From NCBI GenBank assembly GCA_028715905.1, contig JAQUQV010000001.1:7216-71215 (forward strand): a stretch of 64,000 nt of DNA. The letters run 5' to 3'. The notes below the pieces were generated by a model. It saw nothing but the letters and a program-made list of their open reading frames with translations. It did no database searches and was not told the DNA's origin. Position 1 is the first letter of the stretch. The number at the start of each line of letters is the position of its first letter. A program made the translations under genes and the position numbers. Origin of the DNA: Kiritimatiellia bacterium (lineage in GTDB: Bacteria > Verrucomicrobiota > Kiritimatiellia > JAAZAB01). Shown in pieces: positions 18,569 to 28,001 of the stretch.

Positions 18569-21143
18569 AACCCTGATCATCGCCGAAAAGCCTTCCGTAG
18601 CCTCGGACATAGCCCGCGCCCTTGGCGGATTCCGCAAGCATGAAGGTTACTTTGAAAGCGACCGCCACCTTCTTGCCGCGGCCAGCGGCCATCTGCTGGA
18701 AATCCATCCGCCGGAAGGATGCGAGCCGAAACGGGGCAAGTGGAATCTGGTCAACCTGCCGGTCCTGCCGCCCGCGTTTGATTTGCGGCCGATCGCACGA
18801 AGCGAATCGCGGCTGAAAATACTCCTGCGGCTTATCAAACGCAAGGACGTTGCCGCCCTCATTAACGCCTGCGACGCGGGCCGCGAGGGCGAGCTGATCT
18901 TCCGCTATATCGTCCAGTATTCCCGAACGCCCAAGTCAATCCGGCGCCTCTGGCTCCAGTCCATGACCGCCGCCAGCATCCGCGAAGGATTTACCGCGCT
19001 GCGCACCGACGCTGAAATGCGGCCGCTGGCCGATGCGGCCATGTGCCGTTCCGAGTCCGACTGGCTCGTCGGCATCAACGGCACGCGCGCCATGACCTCA
19101 TTCAACTCCAAACACGGCGGTTTTTTCCTGACAACCGTCGGCCGGGTGCAAACCCCCACCCTGATGATCGTGGTGGAACGCGAAGAACAAATAAAAAAAT
19201 TCGTTCCGAAAGATTACTGGGAGATCAAGGCGTCTTTCCAGGCCGCGGCCGGGCTTTACGAGGGGTTGTGGTTTGACCGTAAATTCAAGAAAAATGGACC
19301 AGTTTCAGAAGGCGAGTCGCGGCCGGAAGAAGCAAAACCGGAACGGATATGGAGCGAAACACAGGCCGAAAATATCTGCGAGAAATGCCGGGGACAGCCC
19401 GGCGCGGTCTCCGAAGAAAGCAAGCCCGCAACCCAGATTTCGCCGCTCCTCTACGACCTCACCAGCCTCCAGCGCGAAGCCAATAACCGGTTCGGCTTTT
19501 CCGCCAAACGCACCCTGCAGATAGCCCAGAGGCTTTACGAGCATCACAAGGTTTTAACTTATCCCCGCACCGATGCCCGCGCCCTCCCGGAAGACTACCT
19601 TGAAGTCGCCGGAAAAACATGCTCGGTCCTGACCGCAGCCGAACAATACGCCCCCTTTGCCCGGCGCATCCTGGAGGAGAACTGGATCCGCCCCAGCAAA
19701 CGCATTTTCAACAACGCAAAAATCTCCGACCATTTCGCCATTATCCCGACCAATGTGCTGCCAAAGGCGCTCCATGCCGATGAATCAAAAATCTACGACA
19801 TGGTGACAAGACGTTTCCTGGCTGTCTTCTTCCCGCCGGCGGAATTCCTGACCACAACGCGCATTACCACCGTCCGGGAAGAAACCTTTAAAAGCGAGGG
19901 AAAAGTCCTTGTAAACCCAGGCTGGCTGGCGGTCTACGGCAAGGAAAACACGCCCGGACAGCAGCCGGCCCTGACGCCTGTGCAAAACGGCGAAAACGTG
20001 CAGACTGTTGACATCGCCGCCGAGCGCCAGCAAACCAGGCCGCCCGCCCGCTTTACGGAAGCAACCCTGCTGACCGCAATGGAAGGCGCCGGAAAACTGG
20101 TTGATGACGAGGAATTACGGCAGGCCATGAGCGCCAAAGGCCTCGGCACCCCGGCCACCAGGGCGTCCATAATTGAAGGATTGATTTATGAGAAATACCT
20201 CGTGCGGCGACTCCGGGAACTGGAACCAACGGCAAAAGCTTTTTCCCTGGCCGCCCTTTTGCGCGGGCTTAAAATTACCGAGCTCTGCTCGCCGGAATTA
20301 ACCGGCGAATGGGAATTCAAATTGAAGCAAATGGAGCAACAGCGCCTGGTTCGGACAGACTTCATGCGCGAAATCGTTTCCATGACCGTTAAAATGGTGG
20401 AAAAGGTCAAAAACTCCGAACACGACTCGGTGCCCGGCGATTTCGGCCCCCTGGAGGCGCTCTGTCCGAAATGCGGCGGCGAAATGCGGGAACAATACAG
20501 CCGTTTCCAGTGCGCCGCTTGCGGCTATTTCCTCTGGAAAAATCTGGCCGGACGCCAATTCACGGCGGAGGAAATGAACACCCTCCTTTCCACAAAAAGA
20601 CTGGGCCCCCTGACGGGATTTCACAGTCATAAAGGGCGCTCTTTCGCGGCCGTTATCAAGTTGAACGGCGAATATAAAATTGAGTTTGAGTTTGACGGCC
20701 AGCGCAACATGGCCGCGCAAACGGCGGACAAAACGCGGGAGCCGCTCGGGGCCTGCCCGATTTGCGCGGCACCGGTCTTTGAAACCGGCTCGCTTTACGC
20801 CTGCGAAAAAGCGTTTGGCGGCGCCCCCACCTGTTCTTTCCGCTCAGGCAACATAATCCTGCAGCAGCCCATCAGCCGCGAACAAATGCAAAAACTGCTG
20901 GCCACCGGCAAAACCGACCTCCTGACCGGTTTTATTTCAAGAAAGGGCAGACCCTTCAAAGCCTTTCTGGCCCTGAAAGACAAAAAAGTGGTATTTGAAT
21001 TCTTGCCCAGGAAAAGCAAGCCTCAAAAGCCGGCATCCGGCGGCCGGAACCGTCAGAACCAGTCCACAAAGAAAAAAGACGTTAAAGCCTCTGGCAACGC
21101 GGACAATGATAACTTGCGCGCTGGCCGACCAGCAGGCGGCTGA
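18561..21143 (+). CDS. topB: DNA topoisomerase III with C-terminal zinc-ribbon / Topo C-terminal repeats
   Basis: I moved the start to ATG 18561 (MDKTLIIAEKPS, Toprim), which overlaps the arnC stop by 8 nt. It has a type IA core, CPKCGG/CAACG zinc ribbons and two LTGF.S.KGR.F.A repeats. Confidence 0.85.
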   Translation: MDKTLIIAEKPSVASDIARALGGFRKHEGYFESDRHLLAAASGHLLEIHPPEGCEPKRGKWNLVNLPVLPPAFDLRPIARSESRLKILLRLIKRKDVAALINACDAGREGELIFRYIVQYSRTPKSIRRLWLQSMTAASIREGFTALRTDAEMRPLADAAMCRSESDWLVGINGTRAMTSFNSKHGGFFLTTVGRVQTPTLMIVVEREEQIKKFVPKDYWEIKASFQAAAGLYEGLWFDRKFKKNGPVSEGESRPEEAKPERIWSETQAENICEKCRGQPGAVSEESKPATQISPLLYDLTSLQREANNRFGFSAKRTLQIAQRLYEHHKVLTYPRTDARALPEDYLEVAGKTCSVLTAAEQYAPFARRILEENWIRPSKRIFNNAKISDHFAIIPTNVLPKALHADESKIYDMVTRRFLAVFFPPAEFLTTTRITTVREETFKSEGKVLVNPGWLAVYGKENTPGQQPALTPVQNGENVQTVDIAAERQQTRPPARFTEATLLTAMEGAGKLVDDEELRQAMSAKGLGTPATRASIIEGLIYEKYLVRRLRELEPTAKAFSLAALLRGLKITELCSPELTGEWEFKLKQMEQQRLVRTDFMREIVSMTVKMVEKVKNSEHDSVPGDFGPLEALCPKCGGEMREQYSRFQCAACGYFLWKNLAGRQFTAEEMNTLLSTKRLGPLTGFHSHKGRSFAAVIKLNGEYKIEFEFDGQRNMAAQTADKTREPLGACPICAAPVFETGSLYACEKAFGGAPTCSFRSGNIILQQPISREQMQKLLATGKTDLLTGFISRKGRPFKAFLALKDKKVVFEFLPRKSKPQKPASGGRNRQNQSTKKKDVKASGNADNDNLRAGRPAGG

Positions 21144-21909
21144 CGGCGCCGCCGCATCTGGGACACAACGCGCCGCGGCGGCGCGGAATATTAAGTTGCC
21201 CCTGATTCCGGCCTTGTTTTCTGCCCGGCCGATGATAATTACCCGCACCCGTCCCCAGGCTCGTGCCTTTGTTGCGGATAGCGCGCCGCAAAACGCTCCG
21301 GATGGCCTTGAACAGAAAAAAAGCTTCGCGCTCGGTCAATGAATCGGAAAGACGGCGGGGATGCAGGCGGCCCTCCCAAAGGGCTTCATCCGCGTAAATA
21401 TTCCCCACCCCGGCCAGGAAACCCTGATCCAGAAGAAGCGGCTTTAACTGCCGGCGATGCGAGTGCAAACGGGAAAACAAGTCCGCGGGCCGGAAAGATT
21501 TTCCCAAAGGCTCCGGGCCGAGTTTCCCCAGAACGCGGACGGTGTCCGCGGCAATCTCCCACCGGCCGAATTTGCGGGCGTCGCAATAGCGCAATTCGCG
21601 GCCGCCGCTCAAACGCAGAATGATATGCTGGTGTTTTTCACGGCCGCGCCCGGCGCGGACAAGGCAGAACTGGCCGCTCATGCGCAGATGAACCAGAAGA
21701 AACAAGCCGCCGGAGAGGTTGAAAACAATGAACTTGCCGCGGCGATTGATGGCGGTGATTTTCCTGCCGACAAGCCGTTTCCTAAAAAAAAATGGCCGCC
21801 CCTTTATGAGGGGCGGCCAAAAAACAACACAATCAGTTATTTTCCGCCCTATAATCTCCGCACATCGCAGTTCCCTGACGATGGTTTCAACTTCGGGCAG
21901 TTCAGGCAT
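21082..21909 (-). CDS. mutM: formamidopyrimidine-DNA glycosylase
   Basis: 275 aa. It has the MPELPEVE N-terminus and the C-terminal zinc finger CPRCGG...CPRCQ. Confidence 0.9.
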   Translation of the reverse strand: MPELPEVETIVRELRCAEIIGRKITDCVVFWPPLIKGRPFFFRKRLVGRKITAINRRGKFIVFNLSGGLFLLVHLRMSGQFCLVRAGRGREKHQHIILRLSGGRELRYCDARKFGRWEIAADTVRVLGKLGPEPLGKSFRPADLFSRLHSHRRQLKPLLLDQGFLAGVGNIYADEALWEGRLHPRRLSDSLTEREAFFLFKAIRSVLRRAIRNKGTSLGTGAGNYHRPGRKQGRNQGQLNIPRRRGALCPRCGGAVSRLLVGQRASYHCPRCQRL

Positions 21910-21918
21910 TATTGATGA

Positions 21919-22224
21919 TTAACGGTCTCTATCGCGTCCGCGTCCGCCGCCGCCGAAATTACGCGGAGGCCGATCTTCGCGCGGCTTGGCTTCGTTGACT
22001 TTCAGGGCGCGACCTTGAAAATCCTTGCCGTTCAACTCGGCGATGGCCTTGTTGGCTTCTTCCGGGCTTCCCATTTCCACAAACGCGAAACCGCGGGATT
22101 TGTTTGTATATTTGTCCATAATAACGCTACAACTCACAACCGTCCCCATCTGGGAGAAATGTTCCTGCAAATCTCCTTCGGTGGTGTTAAAGGACAGGTT
22201 GCCAACATACAGTTTAACTGCCAT
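21919..22224 (-). CDS. RRM-type RNA-binding protein with RGG tail
   Basis: 101 aa. It has RNP2 KLYVGNL, RNP1 RGFAFVEM and a C-terminal GGGGRGRDRDR. Confidence 0.85.
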   Translation of the reverse strand: MAVKLYVGNLSFNTTEGDLQEHFSQMGTVVSCSVIMDKYTNKSRGFAFVEMGSPEEANKAIAELNGKDFQGRALKVNEAKPREDRPPRNFGGGGRGRDRDR

Positions 22225-22501
22225 AGTTACTCCTTACGATCGCCGAATAATCAGAGAGTGAGTATCCCAAACCTGTTCGGGATTTCCGATTGTGACAGAC
22301 TTTTCTATTTGCCTGACAATCTGCAAACGCATCCTCACCACAAACCAACGGCAAACATCGTAGAATCTAAGGAAAGCAGGCGATAATGCAAGGAAAAAAT
22401 GCAAATATTTTCGCCCCCCCCCGTTTCTGTCTCCCAAACGGCGTTTCCGGAGATACACCCGCAGTATATAATACCGGAGACTTTACACGCGTATAAACGG
22501 A

Positions 22502-25500
22502 TTATTGCCCGTCAAATTCGGCCGCCAGCGGCGTACCGGTCAGGCCGAAATTCCACGGCCCGCCGGCCAGCTGGTAACCGGCGCTGCTGAAATAAATATA
22601 CCACAATCCGCCATTGGCGGACACCACGGCCGGATCCGCCGAACCGTCGCCGTCAAAGTCGCCGGCCACCGGCGTGCCGGACACGCCGAAATTAAACGGT
22701 CCGCCGCCCAACTGATAACCCAGGCTGGAGAACCAGATATACCACCATGGGCCGACCGCCACGGCCGGGTCGGCGGAACCATCGTTGTCAAAATCACCCG
22801 CCACCGGCAACCCGGAAACGCCAAAATCAAACGGCCCGTCGCCCAGTTGATATTTCAGGCTGGAAAACCAGATATACCACAGGGGACCAACCACAATGGC
22901 CGGGTCGGCGGAACCATCGCCGTCAAAATCACCCGCCACCGGCTGACCCGAAACACCGAAGTTATAAGGCCCGTCCATCTGATATTCCAGGCTGGAAAAC
23001 CAGATATACCACAAAGAAGAAACCACCCCGGCCGGATCGGCCATACCGTCATTATCAAAGTCCCCGACAACCGGCGTGCCCGGGACATCAAAATCAAACG
23101 GCTCGCCGCGTTCATAATTTGAACCGGAAAACCAGACATACCAGCGCCCGGCGCTGTCAACGATGGACGGATCGGCAATTGTCCTGGCAACCGGCGGGGG
23201 CGCAAGATAAACAAGACGCACGGACTCGCAAACCGAAACCGAGTTGTTGAAATAACCGCAGCGGTAAAATCCGCGCGCGCGGATATAGACATTCGTATTA
23301 AGCGGCAAATCCACGCCGGCAATCCGCCAGCCGTTGGTTGTGCGCGCGCCGTCACCCAAAACACTCCAGGCGGCGTTATCGGGCGACTGGTCAAAAACCA
23401 CCGCGGAAAAGTCCGGCCCGCCGCCGCTCCTTGTCCAGACAATCTCCGTTAATGAGGCGCTTACCGCCAGACTCTGGAGAGCGGAAGCGTCGGTCGTAAG
23501 CCGGCCGATGCGATTGCGGTTCTGCCCGGTCAATTGAAGAAACGCGCCGCCGAGGACGGCCTTGCCGTCCGATTGCAAGACCAGGCCGTGCACAGTCCCG
23601 TTGGCGCCGTCCGGCGGCATATAACCGGCATCTAGCGCGCCGTCGCTGTTAAGCCGCGCGATATGCATAATATCCATTTCGCCAATCTGGGTAAAAGCTC
23701 CGGCAACCATGATTTTGCCGTCGGCCTGCGGCACAATGGACCGGACTGAGAGATTGGCGCCGCCCGGCACAACAAAGGAAGCATCCAAGGCGCCGTCGGG
23801 GTTCAAGCGGCAGATCCGTTTGCACTCGGCAGCGGCATCCCCGACCTCCGTAAAAACGCCGCCCAGCAGGATTTTGCCGTCGGCCTGCAGGGCCAGCGCA
23901 TAAACGCTGCCGTTGACATTGGGATTAAAATCGTCATCAAGGGTGCCGTCGCTATTGAGCCGCCCGATATGATTGCGGCTTTCGCCGTTCAACAAAGTAA
24001 AAGAGCCGGCCACCAGGATTTTGCCGTCGGGCTGGAGAAGCGCCGAATAAACGGTGTTGTTCGCGCCTCCCGACAAATGAAAATCGTTATCCAAAGTGCC
24101 GTCGGAGTTTAAACGTCCGATCCGCGGGAGATCCGATTCGCCGATCCTGGTAAAATCGCCGGCAATGATGATTTTGCCGTCCGGCTGAGGCAGAATACAG
24201 CGGGCGCCGCCATTTAACTGCGCATTAAATTCCACATCAGGATTGCCGGAGGCATCCAACAGCGCAATATATTTATATTCCTCCCCGCCCAAATGCTGGA
24301 AGAAACCGCCGATCAGAATTTTACCGTCGGACCGGACGACGATTGCGCGAAGGCTTCCGTCCGCATCCGGATCAAAACCGGCATCCAATGTCCCGTCCAC
24401 GGCAAAACGCCCGATCCGGCTGCGGTCCGCCCCGGAAAGCCGGGAAAACAATCCGCCGACAAGCAACTTGCCATCCGGTTGTTGCGCCATGGCGTAGACC
24501 TCGCCGTCTGCGGCTCCCAGATCCGGATCGGCATCGGCATCCAAAAAATTATTATCCAGCCGGCCGGCCGGATACAATCTTCCTAAAAAATTCCGTTCAA
24601 CGCCGGCCAGACGGGAAAATTGGCCGACGACCAGGATCCCGCCGTCCGGCTGGATCGCCAGCGAATCAACGGTACAATCAGCCCCGCCGGGCGGATTAAA
24701 GTCATCATCCAGAGCGCCGTCGGGATGCAAACGCGCGATACAGTTGCGCTCAACGCCGCCGATGTGGAAAAAATCGCCGCCAATCAGGATCTTGCCGTCC
24801 GGCTGGACCAGCGCGGCATAAAGCGACGCGCCAACGTCATTGATAACAACCTCAAAAGAGGCGTCAACCGTGCCGTTGGTATTCAAACGCCCCAGATATG
24901 TGCGCGAGACGCCAATCAACTCGGTAAATGCGCCGGCAACCAGAATTTTACCGTCGGGCTGCAAGGCAATTGACCGGACGGCCAAATCGGCGCCGTTTGT
25001 CATAACAAAGGAGGAATCCACCGTGCCGTCGGGATTCAATCTGGCGACATTATTGTTCGCCTGGCCGCCCATGCGCGTGAAATCGCCGCCGACCAGAATC
25101 TTGCCGTCCGGCTGGACGACAATCGCGTAAACCTCGCCGTTGGCAGCCGGATTAAAGGCGGCATCCAGACTGCCGTCGGCATTAAGCCGGCCGATGAAAT
25201 TCCTCACCTCCCCGCCGAGGTTAATAAAAAAGCCCCCGACCAGAATCTTGCCGTCCGGCTGAACGGCCAGAGCGGTTACCGATTTGTCGGCCTCCGTAGC
25301 AACCACATTTGGATTGAAATCAAGGTCCAGCGAGCCGTCGGCATTAAGCCGGGCAAGATTGCATCTGGTATGCTCGCCAATTGCGCTGAATTCTCCGCCA
25401 ATGACAATCTTGCCGTCAGTCTGGACGGCTATGGATTCAACCAGTCCAGGGATGGCATCCGGAACAAAGGCGGCGTCCAGACTGCCGTCCGGAAGCAACC

Positions 25501-25717
25501 GCGCCACTCTTTGGCACGCTTCACCGCTGATCGCGCCGAATTGGCCGCCCAGAATTATTTTTCCATCCGCCTGAACGGCAACGGCGTAAACCGGATTGTT
25601 CGGGTTCGGATTGAAACCATCGTCAGACGCTTGCCCGAAACATGTTCCGGAGCAGACCATCCATGCCGTTACAAGAAACAGTTTTGCGGCCAACCGGCAT
25701 TCATATTTGTATTTCAT
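22502..25717 (-). CDS. secreted repeat protein: signal peptide, 14 delta-60-like repeats, beta-sandwich-like spacer, five FG-GAP/VCBS-like blades
   Basis: 1071 aa. The N-terminus is hydrophobic. Fourteen repeats match V.A.AVQPDGKILVGG.F...GG..RN.IARLN.DG.LD..F. The C-terminal module is described separately. Confidence 0.8.
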   Translation of the reverse strand: MKYKYECRLAAKLFLVTAWMVCSGTCFGQASDDGFNPNPNNPVYAVAVQADGKIILGGQFGAISGEACQRVARLLPDGSLDAAFVPDAIPGLVESIAVQTDGKIVIGGEFSAIGEHTRCNLARLNADGSLDLDFNPNVVATEADKSVTALAVQPDGKILVGGFFINLGGEVRNFIGRLNADGSLDAAFNPAANGEVYAIVVQPDGKILVGGDFTRMGGQANNNVARLNPDGTVDSSFVMTNGADLAVRSIALQPDGKILVAGAFTELIGVSRTYLGRLNTNGTVDASFEVVINDVGASLYAALVQPDGKILIGGDFFHIGGVERNCIARLHPDGALDDDFNPPGGADCTVDSLAIQPDGGILVVGQFSRLAGVERNFLGRLYPAGRLDNNFLDADADPDLGAADGEVYAMAQQPDGKLLVGGLFSRLSGADRSRIGRFAVDGTLDAGFDPDADGSLRAIVVRSDGKILIGGFFQHLGGEEYKYIALLDASGNPDVEFNAQLNGGARCILPQPDGKIIIAGDFTRIGESDLPRIGRLNSDGTLDNDFHLSGGANNTVYSALLQPDGKILVAGSFTLLNGESRNHIGRLNSDGTLDDDFNPNVNGSVYALALQADGKILLGGVFTEVGDAAAECKRICRLNPDGALDASFVVPGGANLSVRSIVPQADGKIMVAGAFTQIGEMDIMHIARLNSDGALDAGYMPPDGANGTVHGLVLQSDGKAVLGGAFLQLTGQNRNRIGRLTTDASALQSLAVSASLTEIVWTRSGGGPDFSAVVFDQSPDNAAWSVLGDGARTTNGWRIAGVDLPLNTNVYIRARGFYRCGYFNNSVSVCESVRLVYLAPPPVARTIADPSIVDSAGRWYVWFSGSNYERGEPFDFDVPGTPVVGDFDNDGMADPAGVVSSLWYIWFSSLEYQMDGPYNFGVSGQPVAGDFDGDGSADPAIVVGPLWYIWFSSLKYQLGDGPFDFGVSGLPVAGDFDNDGSADPAVAVGPWWYIWFSSLGYQLGGGPFNFGVSGTPVAGDFDGDGSADPAVVSANGGLWYIYFSSAGYQLAGGPWNFGLTGTPLAAEFDGQ
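22505..23182 (-). repeat. coding repeat: 5 x ~45-aa FG-GAP/VCBS-like blades (module copy 1)
   Basis: The unit is FGVSG.PVAGDFDGDGSADPAVV....WYIWFSS.GYQL..GP. There are five WY.WFS cores. Confidence 0.8.
23492..25621 (-). repeat. coding repeat: 14 delta-60-like repeats (~51 aa period)
   Basis: I counted 14 Q(P/A/T/S)DGK cores between about aa 33 and aa 742. Confidence 0.7.
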
Positions 25718-25736
25718 ATCATTCCAATTTGTCTGT

Positions 25737-27776
25737 TTATTGCACGATAATTGTCACCACATCGCATAAAATCGGTCCTTCCAGATTGAGGACGCCGTCC
25801 ATGGGATAATCAACCGCGAACCAGAAGTAATATGTTCCGCGCGGGAGCGTCATGTTGCTCAACACCGGCATGGTGGAGAGGCTAAACAAGGCCCCTTGAT
25901 ATGCGGGCCGGCACAGCCCCAGGTCGCCGCTGAAGGGCGTCCATTGTATGGCGCCCAGGTAATACCAGCCGATGGAAGCGCCGTAGGCAACCGCCCACCA
26001 ATCCACCGGAATGCCGTTATAAATGTCAGGATTCATCTGCACGGTAATCGTCACCGGCGCGGGGTAAGCAACGGTAAGGGTGCCGGCGGCCCCATTGGCT
26101 TTAATCACCGGCCCGACCGGGTCAGGAGCCGGCTCCGCCGAAGCGCGCCCAATAGTATAAACTGAGAAGTGCTCCACTTGACAGGCTATCGTCATGTTGT
26201 TGGTATCCACGGCAGAATCCAGCTTATCCCATGTTCCCGTCTGCCCGTCGCTGCCCGCGGGATTATAGACATAAACGGCAAGATTGGTCGCCGAAACGCC
26301 GTCCGGTATATCAGCCTCGGAAAAATGGAGCGTCATCGTTGCGTTCGTCGTCAGATTAAACTGGCTTGCGACTCCTTCAACGGTAAATTCGCGGGCAAAC
26401 CCGGAGAACTCGCCGTTGAAATTATTGGTGTCCACCGAAGGCGGCGCAACAATGCTGAAAGTTGTATTGCTGTTAATGGCATCTCCGGAGATGTCCACGG
26501 CCGTGTAACTGGCATCCGTCAGGACGTTGGTAACAAACGCGCCGGTTACGGCAACGTTGTCAAACTGCAAGGGAATGACATAGACCTTGTGGTTAACGGT
26601 AAAGGCCGCTTTCATGCCATCGGGCGAAATGCTCAGCCACTGTTTCTGGCCGCCGGTAATGCTCTCCGGCACTTCAAATTTTACCGCCTCGTTCAGGGGG
26701 TTATCAGCGCGTTTGGAATAAAGATCCGTGGCCGGCGGATTCGTCCCCGTGCGCCCGTACATCACGTATTGACCGTCAAAAGTCCAGCTGACCTGGGAGT
26801 TCATGGTCATGTTTGTCTCCAGTTGCACAAGGCGCGAATCAGCCAGCGTGGCCGGCGGCGGGGCGGCCCCCTCCATGACGGCGCGCACATTGTTGAAAAT
26901 AATTATTCTGCTGTCCTCTGCCGGCAAATCCTGTTTGACCGGCGCGGGCGGCGCGGGCGGCATGGTAAGCAATATTTCCAACCGATCGCAAAGCGGATGG
27001 TAATTGGTCCCCAGTTCCGGGCACCATTTCACGGATATTATTGAGAGGTTGGTGTTAAAATCGGTCAATTGCACGCGCTCATTCCAGCGCGGCGCGCCGC
27101 CGCTCTCATAAGCAACCGAGTAAAGATTGATCCGCCCGCCCGGCCCGGGGTCGGTCGGCGAATCGTTTTGCGACGAGGATACGAGAAAGAGAAGGCGTTC
27201 CTTGCCGACGGCATGATCGTATAAAACGCTGGGCGAATAGACGTGGTTGGATGGGTTTTGCCGGGGATCAGCCACTAGAAACGGCGCGACGTTGACATCC
27301 CCGGTAGCGGCACAGCTCATCAACCGGCACTTGCCGGACGGTTGCCCCTGAACCTGCGGCATCCAACCGAACAAAACGCGGTCATCATTCCATGTCCAAC
27401 TGGTAATATTGGCAAAAACCGGATTAGTCACGGCCGAACTGCGCGCGCCCAAAACCTGAACGTTGTCAAGATTGCGGACATCCAGAATGCAAATATACTT
27501 CTGCGACGCATCGGGATCCATCCGGTCAACCGCTATCATCCGGCCGTTGTTTGACCAGACAAGGTTATCGTCGCCGGAATTTTCAGGATTATCCGTAATC
27601 TGGAACATCATATTTGAAGGCGGCGACTGAATCTCGTATTGTCCTCCGGTCTCCAGCCGATTGGTGGAAGCCTGGGATAGAGCCGTCTTCTGCGCCGATG
27701 CGGTAACCGCGAAACAAATTGCCGGCATTAAGCCAAACAGCATACCATGATATAATTTTTCCGTTATTGTGTTCAT
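25737..27776 (-). CDS. secreted hypothetical protein (possible TolB/PD40-like beta-propeller N-terminal part plus beta-sandwich C-terminal part)
   Basis: 679-aa ORF with a signal-peptide-like N-terminus (LFGLMPAICFAVTASAQ). No catalytic motif is recognised. It lies on the same strand between two repeat proteins. Confidence 0.6.
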   Translation of the reverse strand: MNTITEKLYHGMLFGLMPAICFAVTASAQKTALSQASTNRLETGGQYEIQSPPSNMMFQITDNPENSGDDNLVWSNNGRMIAVDRMDPDASQKYICILDVRNLDNVQVLGARSSAVTNPVFANITSWTWNDDRVLFGWMPQVQGQPSGKCRLMSCAATGDVNVAPFLVADPRQNPSNHVYSPSVLYDHAVGKERLLFLVSSSQNDSPTDPGPGGRINLYSVAYESGGAPRWNERVQLTDFNTNLSIISVKWCPELGTNYHPLCDRLEILLTMPPAPPAPVKQDLPAEDSRIIIFNNVRAVMEGAAPPPATLADSRLVQLETNMTMNSQVSWTFDGQYVMYGRTGTNPPATDLYSKRADNPLNEAVKFEVPESITGGQKQWLSISPDGMKAAFTVNHKVYVIPLQFDNVAVTGAFVTNVLTDASYTAVDISGDAINSNTTFSIVAPPSVDTNNFNGEFSGFAREFTVEGVASQFNLTTNATMTLHFSEADIPDGVSATNLAVYVYNPAGSDGQTGTWDKLDSAVDTNNMTIACQVEHFSVYTIGRASAEPAPDPVGPVIKANGAAGTLTVAYPAPVTITVQMNPDIYNGIPVDWWAVAYGASIGWYYLGAIQWTPFSGDLGLCRPAYQGALFSLSTMPVLSNMTLPRGTYYFWFAVDYPMDGVLNLEGPILCDVVTIIVQ

Positions 27777-27939
27777 ATTATCCCTTCTGTATCACATGTT
27801 TTACCGCAAAAACCCGTTTATGCGTTGAAGGATCAACGCGAAACGTCGGACAGCAGAGGCGGCAAACGCATTTGACAGACCGCAAATAATGGTTTTATGA
27901 ATCCCATAAACCACATAATGCAAGCAGTCAAGATCAAAG

Positions 27940-27966
27940 CAACGCCGCGCGGCAAACGCGGCGTTG
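27940..27966 (-). terminator. hairpin downstream of the 28002..29963 gene
   Basis: CAACGCCGCG-CGGCAAA-CGCGGCGTTG has a perfect 10-bp stem. Only a weak T-rich tail (CTTTGATCTT) follows on the minus strand. Confidence 0.45.
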
Positions 27967-28001
27967 CCCGAAATGAATAATCGCCGGAGATAGAGCTTGT
28001 T

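Noticed and set aside
22505-23182. Regular ~135-bp nucleotide periodicity (also at 28005-28670 and 42289-42972) that could be mistaken for a CRISPR-like or satellite array
   Set aside because: The repeats are in frame inside long ORFs and have no unique spacers. They encode a coherent 45-aa protein repeat and are much longer than CRISPR repeats.
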